Positions 52,201-64,000 of a stretch of 64,000 bases of DNA are shown here, in pieces; position 1 is the first letter of the stretch; each line of letters opens with the position of its first letter. The notes beneath the pieces are model-generated. The model did no database searches. It worked only from the letters and a program-made list of their open reading frames with translations, and was not told the DNA's origin. This stretch comes from Macrostomum lignano (lineage: Eukaryota), in contig NIVC01000507.1 of the NCBI GenBank assembly GCA_002269645.1, positions 1-64,000 on the forward strand, written 5' to 3'. Position numbers and translations under genes: made by a program.

Positions 52201-55200
52201 CCATTTTACAGCTGAGTGAACTGAAGCAATGCAGAGTTAAGTGTCTTGCTCAAGGACAAAGAATGTTCTACATGTAGTGGGATCGGGAATCAAGCCCCCG
52301 ACCTTCAAGTCGTGAATCTGACGCTGTAACCACTAGTCTACAATCGCAATTTTCAATTAACAAAAATATTAATTGATTGTGTGATTTATTGATTAATTGA
52401 TTGATTTGACTGACTGACTGACTGAGTGATTGATTGATTGATTGAATGAACTGATTACAACTAATTAGACTGAAAACTGATTGGTGAAGAACTGTTGTCA
52501 GATCTGTGCATTTACTCGTAGCTAACACTATAGGGAGGTGAAGAGCTGTCCTGGATGCAGGGAGTTGCATTGGGACAGGAAGGTGCGGAAGGCAAAAATG
52601 AGTGACATCTGATTCCCAATTGACGCAAAGAAATGAAGGATGATTCATGTGCGTCAAATGCATCAAATGTGGCATCGCATGCATGCTCCAGGTGCTTAAG
52701 CCGCTCCGCCCAGTGCAGTCACCAATCGTGTCCATTGTTGCATTGCTAGGGTAATGGCCGGGAAATTCAACCCGAGACCTAGGTAGGGGATTAGGCTTCA
52801 TCGCATCAATTGTCGATGGGATTAAGGAAACTTTGGGGCGCTAATTGAGAGAGGGGAGGCCTGGGAAAATGCGCTGAGTCAGTTCTCAGTTCATTAATTC
52901 ATTGCAGATTCAATTTGGCATGCCTGAAGCCAATTCTAGCTAATGCACCAACACGTCCCTGAGACTGCACAGGTTTAAGATTTCAGTGAGAAAAAATGAA
53001 TAAACTTCCTTATTTCCCTAATTTAAACCCGCTGCATAGTTGATACCTATCAATCAATTTAGAACTAATTCAGAGAAGTTGTCTGCATCGGTAAGTTTGG
53101 TAGTGAAACCTGGAACTTTTGTTACTGATTTCTAACTATACTGCCTCATCATTTAACTAAAAACCTCAACTAAACAACAAAGGGGTTGCAGCCTAGTGGT
53201 CAGAGTGTCGGACTTACGACTGAAAGGTCGGTGGTTCGATTCTTGACCCTCTCAGAACAATTTGAGTTCACCCAGCTGTAAAATGGGTGCCAGCATTAGC
53301 TGGGGTAATTGAGGGGGTGTGTGGCGACCCCCCCAGTCCTTGGACTGAACAGCCGTACAGCCTTCGGCTGAGCTGTCGGTTGCACATCTGTCTATTATGG
53401 CAGGTGTAATAAACTATTATTAATATTAATAATGAACCCCATACAGCTGAAATTGGAGATGATCCTTACTAATTAAAATCCAATGTTAGGATAAAAGTTT
53501 CTCTAGAATTTGTGAAAGTGATTCTCCATTTCGCATACGTGGGTATAGCTTTATAGCAAGTATTAATTCATTTTATTAAAAGCCGCTGGAACCTGTGCAT
53601 CAAACCGCTCTGTCGAACACGCGGCAGGGGATGGCTTGGCTATGCCGCACAGAAAACCCTCATTTCCCACAGGATTCCCTCCGATTTCACCGAATATAAA
53701 GAAATCGATTCCCAACGTGGCGCTATCCATCGGCCTGTCCTCCTTCCATATACGTAATAAGGACAGGGCGGTGCTGAAAATGATTGCTGGAATTCCGCCT
53801 GTTGTAAATGTTTTATATCAAGGGTTTCCGCTGCCGAACCGCGGACCACCTGTGCACATTGCGGACAGGGGGGCTGAAGCAAGTCGAATACGCGCTTTAA
53901 TAGTACACAGTGTGCGCGGGCTCTTCTACAAACATCCATTTCTACAAAGCTCCAGTGCCGACCTTTCTAGCCTAGTGATCCCTGCGACGGTATACGCTTT
54001 CGAGACTGCAGATCCCCATGCAGTCTGTCCAACTTCCGCAGCGATTCTGTTTACCCCAGTTTTCTGCGCAGCATCTATCACAACAGTGCTATCAACGGCT
54101 TTGTAGATTCTATTGCGCGTTGATAAAGCACTTTCTCTATTAACAATCTATCCTAAGTTTCACGAACATTTCAAGCAGCAGTGCCAGTTTACTAACTAAG
54201 ATTCTAATGCAGCTTTTGCTATGCAAAGTTTGAAAATTGACATCCAAAGTTGACAGCCCACAGCAGGGATTGGCAAACTCTGGCCCGCAAAGCCTCTCTA
54301 GCCGGCCCTCGGATCCATGAAAATTCACAATAGCAATCCGGCCCGCTCAAGGTTTGTCTCTTCTCAGGTCTCCTCTCTCCGCTCCTCCGGGGTCTCCTAT
54401 CCCTTCTCTCCTCTCTCCCCACGTCTCCCCTCTCCTACCCCTTCCCTCGTCGGTCTTTAACAAAATCATGTAGTCATCATATCTTTCAAATTCCAGGTTT
54501 AGCTTGTCTCTGAGTGGAGTTTCTCAGTCAGAAATATGCTTTGTGCCTGTGCCCCAATCTATCTTTATTCTGCTGGATTTCAACTCTGGATGTCCAGTTT
54601 CTAGCTCAAATGAACAGATCGACTCACCGTCCTTCTTGTAGAGAGCAATGTGCACAGCCTGTTCCCTGTCAGAGTGCAGCGCCTGTCGCAGATTCACAAT
54701 CGATTCCACGCTGGTCAGCGGGCCATGGAGAAAGTCGCACCAAGCTGGTCGCTGCATGGCATCGACCCGACTGTAGCCAGTGAGTTCGCACAAGGTTTCG
54801 CTGCAGTAGACAATCGGCTGATTGTCCAGCTGAGCATTGGCTATGCAGTAGCGCTTGTCTGAGGACGAATCAATGAGTACATCTGACGTCACTTAAAACC
54901 AATTTTTGCACTTCTGCAAGCTACCTAATAAAATACAAGACAACCAAGTTTAGCTGGCTGAAGCTTATGGCCTTTAAACTATGAAAAAAAATAATAATAG
55001 TAATTTTTACACCTGTCCTAATGGCTGCGTACGGCTGTTGAGTCCAAAAAACTGAGGGGGGGGGGCGACACGCATACCCTCGATTACCCCGGCTAATCCT
55101 GGCACCGATTTTACAGCTGGGTGAACTGAAGCAAGGCAGAGTTCAGTGTCTTCTTGCTCAAGGACACAAATTGTTCCAGTCCAAGCATTCAGTGGTGAGT

Positions 55201-56256
55201 CCAATTCTCTAACCACTAGCCTACAGCCCCTTCATGAGAAGATACAAGTTGTTAAGAAGTATGAATGACTTCCTTCAGCGCTGTACTGGCTAAAGTACAG
55301 AACTGATGAACAGTAGCATTAAGCGCTGGATCCTGCACGTGACTCATTAGCATGACTTAGACGTCTTAGTGCTAAGTTATAGATTAATTAATTGCAATAC
55401 CTGCCCAATGCATTCGTGCCGGTTCTACATGCAAGCGAAGGTATTGATTTTTAGGTGGACCTCGAATTGTAAATTGACACCGGAGTGATTCAGTCCTCAG
55501 TCTCTCTTGCTTCATCAAAGCGGTGAGCACAAGACATTGCCATTGCCCATACCATTATAATGCAATGTTGCAAAGTTTTGAGTTTGTTTAAACTAACTTT
55601 AGCAAGTCATTCAAGGTGAAATTCTTTACTTGTCAAATATTCTTATATACCTTTTCAATTGTGCTTGCTATGTACATGTACTGTACTTTGTAGGAGAAAC
55701 TCTCGACTAAGTTTCGGTTTCAAATCAAGATGGTAGAAAATGAGCAGAAAACCGGTGTCAGAGAGGGGCTTAAAGCCGATCTTCTTCAGCCGATGTGGAA
55801 TATTGATAAGAGGCTGCAATTGATGATGGTGTGGGAGACTGCCGGCTGGGGCGATTTAATGAAAACGGGAAGAGGTCAGGCTCGCAAGTTGACTTAGCTG
55901 GGCTTATACTTTTCTTGAGCATGATGGATAGCGTTCAGACTTCATATCGTTTCTATCTGATGAAGAATGAGGGAAGAAAGAACAGTTGATTTTTTTCAGA
56001 ACTGGACTCCGACATGAAGTTTTGCCAGTGACGTGTCTGTGTTTGACGTGTCAAACACTTCGGTTTTGACTCGGCTTGTTTCAGGTTTGCACTGCTCTGG
56101 TTGGAAAGCCGTCGCATTGTTTAGTCAATAAGGAAACCATGAATGATAAAAATACGCCATGAGAGGAAAGCTTCACTTACTCTGGCTATCCAGCTTTCGA
56201 ATCAGCGTGTCAATAAAAACATTCTGCGGCGCAACGTGACCTCGACGAACTGGCAT
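43277..56256 (-). CDS. KCNH2: ERG-subfamily voltage-gated K+ channel (KCNH2/6/7 group), 1015 aa, 11 exons
   Basis: Exons 56256-56181, 54858-54628, 49545-49405, 49227-48829, 47515-47376, 47293-47093, 47013-46780, 46339-46115, 45581-45004, 44499-44231, 43830-43277; all GT-AG, phases consistent (3048 nt). [24 protein letters not shown] domain, [15 protein letters not shown]4 [22 protein letters not shown], filter SVGFGN, C-linker/CNBHD, C-terminal coiled coil. Symbol denotes the ortholog group, not one vertebrate paralog. Confidence 0.95.
44610..44925. repeat. Degenerate 21-bp tandem repeat in KCNH intron
   Basis: Unit ~taattgtctagtagtagttgt. Confidence 0.85.
45850..46030. repeat. 30-bp tandem repeat (~6 copies) in KCNH intron
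   Basis: Unit gacatctcagcaattcccctagtaagcctt. Confidence 0.85.
46485..46730 (+). mobile_element. SINE copy A (head degraded)
   Basis: Shares gtgtccttgagcaagacacttaactctgcattgct..agttcacccagctg.aaaatgggtgccagcattagctgggg...gctgtcggttgcacatc with copies at 52026, 53183, 54975, 59531. Confidence 0.8.
47983..48820. repeat. 51/52-bp minisatellite (~16 copies) right after the KCNH exon 4 donor
   Basis: Unit gacactcttcagtaaacgctctcttgtacgactaaataagctacaatttct. Confidence 0.95.
50025..50399. mobile_element. CT-rich tract ending in a hAT-like terminal sequence
   Basis: gtttgccagcccctg at 50385-50399 (revcomp CAGGGGCTGGCAAAC) resembles CAGGGATTGGCAAAC at 54263; partner end not found. Confidence 0.45.
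50660..50990. repeat. Purine-rich (GA) low-complexity tract
   Basis: Direct reading. Confidence 0.8.
52026..52345 (-). mobile_element. SINE copy B
   Basis: Reverse-complement of the same body, tRNA-like head (tagtggttacagcgtcagattcacgacttgaaggtcgg...gattccc) and (ATT)n tail. Confidence 0.85.
53183..53432 (+). mobile_element. SINE copy C
   Basis: Head ggggttgcagcctagtggtcagagtgtcggacttacgactgaaaggtcggtggttcgattc with Pol III A- and B-box; internal deletion; AAT-rich tail. Confidence 0.85.
54263..54450 (+). mobile_element. hAT-like left end followed by CT-rich tract
   Basis: cagggattggcaaactctggcccgc...ccggccc...ccggcccgc: CAGGG terminus with GGCCC subterminal motifs typical of hAT MITE ends. 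Confidence 0.5.
54975..55230 (-). mobile_element. SINE copy D
   Basis: Revcomp head ggggctgtaggctagtggttagag, shared body gtgtccttgagcaag...cagttcacccagctgtaaaat, cagccgtacgcagcc. Confidence 0.8.
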
Positions 56257-56559
56257 CTTGTCGAGTTTGATGAACACGAGGAGCTGGGATGGGAAAGCTA
56301 TAAGCTGCCTCAGAACACTTCGGTAGAGTGGCTACGTTCTTGCACCGGAGAAGAGCTAATGCAGAGAGAGAATTCCCTCTGCTATCCGTTTTAGCTTCAT
56401 CTATCCCTGCAAAATCTCATTCATATCCCAATTGGCTGAACAAGCGATCGCTTCACTGCATTAGGAAAAAACGGGCTTTTGATTGGATCCTAAAAAAGGG
56501 CCTCTAAGTGCAGCGACCCTTTTCTGGGGCCTGCAATTCGCTGATTGATTCTTTTGTAT

Positions 56560-56561
<2 letters not shown>

Positions 56562-56604
<43 letters not shown>
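56562..56604. repeat. (CT)n microsatellite between divergent KCNH and CRIP starts
   Basis: Direct reading. Confidence 0.9.
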
Positions 56605-56609
<5 letters not shown>

Positions 56610-57727
56610 TTCTATTTGGCCTTTTCCCGTCACGACGACCAATAGGCTTATGACGTGAAGAAAATACGGGATTGAGGCCCGGCTTACTAACCGACTCTCA
56701 GGATGCAGAGCATTCCACGCCCCTCCGGTCCAGCTGTTCCGTTCAGTAGCACTCGTGGCACCGGAGAGTGGGGGGCAGCTATAGGGTTGGGCGTATTTAC
56801 TGAGCCAACTGAACTGAGTATAGGCTGAACGGAGTCCCTTATAATGCGTCCTAAGCGTGGACCAATTCGTGACCCGATCATTCATCCTTTTTGCCTATAG
56901 GCTTGGATAATCAAATAAATCTAGATCGTGATTTTACTCGCCCCAACTCTGTTTTGTATGCCCAGCTATTGATGGGGCCCTACGCTTTTTGATCGGTGAT
57001 GTGGTTCCAGGCCTCGCAGACCAAAAGTGTGGTTTCGGGAGGCGAAAAAACGATAAAATAGCATTACTAATGCTCGTACAGGGAAAGTCTAGCGGTCGCT
57101 CAGTAGCTCGGGTTATTGTGGTATATATCGGTCGCGGAGCAAATTAAGCATAGATTCCGGGTCTGTACTAAGGGGACACACACACAAAAACGTCAGGGGA
57201 CCAAGTGCGCCATCAAATTAGCTTATTGCTTCCAGCCTTGCTCTATTTATTTCTGCATGGCGATCCCGTTCTCAAAGGCCTTCCCTAGCACAGCCTCCTT
57301 TTGTTTGCTAGCCGCTCCAAACCTACCGATCGCTATACGAGCCGTACAGTGAGATTTATTCCCACGCCAAGCATTGCTGCATAGCAGCTTTTGACGAGAT
57401 GTGAGCTTGGCCTGATTGCTCAGTGAGTTTGAGTGCGGCTCCGTAAATAGTCTGACATTTTACAGTCCGCAGCCAACCTTAGAGGGGCCCCTAGGAGCTT
57501 TCCTGAACTTTGTTGATGGGTTTCACACGCTGTTGGTCTATATAGGCTTTTCCATTGATGCCTAATCACCTTGATTTGTTCTAGCAAACTAATTAGCGCA
57601 CGGCTAAAGTCGTCCGGATCTGACTTTTAACAGCACCTGCCGCTGACTCAATAATAGACTTAAAGTAAACCAACCGCGTCGCGCTTTCTTGTTTATTTTT
57701 TATAGTTGACAAAGTGACCACAGAAAG

Positions 57728-61094
<3,367 letters not shown>

Positions 61095-62048
61095 CAATTA
61101 TGCGTGAATGCATGCTATATACTACTGCACTGCACGTTGCTGAAAGTCGACAAGCTATTTAAAAACGGTTTTAAAGAAATAAAAACAACAATAAACTTTT
61201 AGTTACAAAAGCAGTTTTACATTAATTGAATATGTGCAGTTTATTAACAGTCATTGAGGCTGCATGTGCATCCAAAAAAGGCATCCAAAAAAACGTACAT
61301 CTGTTCACTATGCCTGCATGGGGATCGCCATGGCAAACAATTTGGCAAGAAAGCATTTTATTAATTGTTATATGCATAAGCATGTGTTATGTATGAAAGT
61401 TACTTGCAGTTACTTGTATGAAAATACATGCATGCATGTATTTATAAGCGGTCGATCGCAATAAATGAACCTGTAAAATGTACATGTACAATTACTGTAA
61501 GAATACGATCCCTAATGTCGATTATATTACAGTAATATACGCATGTGCTGTTGTCCGTCACATCTCCATAACTACCATAAATCAACGGTAGGACATGTAC
61601 ATGTCAAGGACCAGCAGGACATTTTAGTGGTCCTTGGCATATGCATGCGAATGATGAACAATATGAAATTTGTGTAGAATACCATATTTAAATGTACAAT
61701 ATAAAATAGAAATAGTAGAATAGAAAAATTACAATTCCAGTGTAGTGTAACTAATTAACAAACTAGCTTACATGTATGTACTTGTTATAAAACACGATAA
61801 CAAGTTAAGTTGAATACAATGAAATTATTAGAAGGCTCCTGCAACCAGCCGACAAATAAAAGAGTCTCATCTAATGGCTGCACAGTGAAGAAACATAGTG
61901 TCAAATAATAACGTGGTTGAATCGACAGTACAGCATTAGTCGCTATTGATGTGTGGCTGTGAGCAGCCACGTATCAGTTTATGGGTAAACGCTTGGCTTA
62001 CAGGCCCTCAATTGATAAAATGCGTACGAGCGGCAAGATAGATAGAAA

Positions 62049-62402
62049 CAAAGAGTATTGAGGTCGCCTAGTATAGAGTGCCAATAAGGATGAAAATCTG
62101 AAGCCGGTTTTTAGAATCCACCCACCCCCTCCGGTCACCAAGCTTTTTAGTCTATGGCACAAGTTGTGTATCGACGACGGCAACTGAGTCTGAGCGATGT
62201 TGTCTTGCTTATTTGATACATGCATTTTCTAAGTGTGAAATGTCTTATATTTCTGAGCATCGGCTTTGTACACTATTCTAGCCACAACTTGTGCCATAGA
62301 CTAAAAAGCTTGGTGACCGGAGGGGGTGGGTGGATTCTAAAAATAGGCTTCAGATTTTCTTCCTTATTGGCACTCTATACTAGGCGACCTCAATACTCTT
62401 TG
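62049..62402. mobile_element. Foldback/MITE: 120-bp inverted arms, 114-bp spacer, probable 8-bp TSD (hAT-like)
   Basis: Arms 62049-62168 and 62283-62402 with a few mismatches; CA...TG termini; flanks GATAGAAA (62041-48) and GATAGGAA (62403-10) match 7/8. Confidence 0.8.
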
Positions 62403-62503
62403 GATAGGAACAAGCACGAAACGATTGACGAGCTCTTGCTTTATTTCAACAAATATACGAGTAACGAACCAACGATTTAAACACGACTCCCAAACACATC
62501 AAT

Positions 62504-62516
62504 TGGCGACGAGGAT
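62504..62516 (+). promoter_or_regulatory. Primer-binding site of LTR retrotransposon, complementary to tRNA-Ser(GCU) 3' end
   Basis: LTR end ...ACATCA (62501), 2-nt spacer, TGGCGACGAGGAT, the revcomp of ATCCTCGTCGCCA (vertebrate tRNA-Ser-GCU end, from memory); gag ATG follows at 62529. Confidence 0.75.
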
Positions 62517-62528
62517 CGACGAACCACG

Positions 62529-64000
62529 ATGCCGCCAAAGGAGCAACCGAACGACCAGCGAACAATCCGAGTCTCTATCCCTCAGCCGTCAAGGTTTCTG
62601 GAGCTTCCGGGCGAGCCGCCGATTAAATGGTCTGTCTGGCAGCGCGAAGTGGCCGACTTTTATTTTCTAACAGAGACGACAACAGGGTCTCAGCTGGCAG
62701 ACGACTTTAAAAAAGCTTTTCTGCGGACGTCCCTGGGAGCTGAAGGACGGCGCATACTATATGCACATAACCTGCAAGAAGCCAGAGGACACCGGACAGA
62801 GGGCGCTGAAGCGACAGAAGAGAAAGATGAGATCAGTTTTGACCAGTACGTTGAGCTGCTAAAGACAATATTCAGTAAGCCATCAAACCCAGTGCGTTCT
62901 GAATACGAGTTCCGTAGACGAAAACAAGACACTGGAGAATCCGTCAACGATTATTTCACCGCCCTGCGGACACTCATATCGGACTGCGAATATGGAGCAG
63001 GCGAGGAGCGACAGCTAGCTATGCAGCTTGTAATCGGCTGTGCGTCCAAAACTACGCAGGAGAAGCTACTCACAGAGAGCAAAATTGACCTCCAGACGTT
63101 CCTCACAATCATGCGCGCGGACGAGACTGCAACGCAGACTGGAGAGATCATCAGAAAGGGTACTGATTTTCCAATACATCAGATTCAGCACACCAACACT
63201 AAGGACCGCCGACCGAATACGACGAAAACCTCAACGACAACCACGGATAAGACCAAGGGTCGTACAAAGCCATCGTGCATGGGCTGTGGATCGAACAATC
63301 ATGCTTACAAGGACGCTAAATGCCCAGCCCGAGGAAAGACATGCAAAGGATGCGGCAAGCTCAACCATTTTGCTTCCTAGTGCATCATATCCCAGCGAAG
63401 AGCCCAACAAAAGAACATCAGAATGGTCCAACGACAAATGCGATCTATCTACAATCACGGCACGCCAGTGATCGACGTCAGCATCGTGAACAAAAAGGAG
63501 AGCTACAAGGCACTGCTCGACACAGCCGCAGAAGTGTCCACGATCCGCATTTCCGACCTCAAGCGCATCTGGCCTGAATGTACAATTAAACCAGCTACAT
63601 CGGCGTTGAGGAACTATGACAATTCGGAAATCTCGGAAATCCTTGGCTGCATAACCGTAGATGTGAGTATTCTGAGTCGGGTCAGCAAAGCCAATTTGTT
63701 TGTGACAAAGAACCACCTAAAGCCAGTCGTTGGACTCGACCTGATTACAGCAATGGGACTAAAATTCGACGGATCTTCGATGAAGGTTTCAGCAGTTAGT
63801 GAACAGCCCTGCTCGATCATAATGAGTTCCCAAAGCTGTCAGACGAATCGCTTGGGACATTTCCAGGCTATGTTCACAAAATTACCATCAATAGCGACTC
63901 CGTCCCCAAGTGCACTCCTATACGGACGATTCTCCTAGCTCGGAAAGAGGCAGCCATCGAGGAGATCAAAAAGATGGAAAAGGCAGGCATCTGGAGCCAG
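62529..64000 (+). mobile_element. Degenerate Ty3/gypsy element 5' part (gag, protease, start of RT region); runs off the window
   Basis: Gag capsid-like EYEFRRRKQDTGESVNDYFTALRTL; zinc knuckles CMGC..H...C and CKGC...HFAS*C (TAG in the second); same-frame protease LLDTAAEVS; frameshift near 63810 to EFPKL...LGTFPGYVHKI...EEIKKMEKAGI. Confidence 0.9.

Noticed and set aside
53183-53255. tRNA genes at SINE heads (also ~59531)
   Set aside because: A/B boxes present but the cloverleaf pairs poorly and the sequence runs into the shared SINE body.
50385-54277. Single hAT element spanning the two CAGGG-type ends
   Set aside because: The ends face outward and flanks give no shared 8-bp TSD.

Overview
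Eukaryotic (animal) genomic DNA: spliceosomal introns, very high minisatellite/microsatellite load, no operons or CRISPR arrays. A two-alpha-crystallin-domain sHSP and the repeat landscape suggest a flatworm, possibly Macrostomum-like (inference only). Host genes rebuilt by hand from GT-AG junctions: an LRR single-pass receptor (2 exons, -), a tetraspanin (7 exons, -), an intronless ankyrin+multi-TM TRPV-like channel (+), a double-ACD small heat-shock protein (-), an ERG-type KCNH K+ channel (11 exons, -, 1015 aa) and a CRIP LIM protein (4 exons, +). Mobile DNA: a Crypton-like tyrosine-recombinase (YR) gene, LINE/mariner/Tc1 relics, five tRNA-headed SINE copies, a hAT-like foldback MITE, a degenerate Ty3/gypsy 5' end with a tRNA-Ser PBS, and an ~8 kb inverted-repeat-bounded segment carrying a 238-bp satellite. 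Most unusual: the YR gene is preceded by ~13.7 near-identical 655-bp units, each holding an AG/GT-bounded, phase 1-1, 240-nt (80-codon) exon. That exon begins as a copy of the start of the 2616-nt YR catalytic exon (also phase 1-1) and ends, like it, in a basic patch plus a GTGAG donor, so this may be a recombinase with an amplified cassette-exon array. All calls are by-eye; no database search was run.
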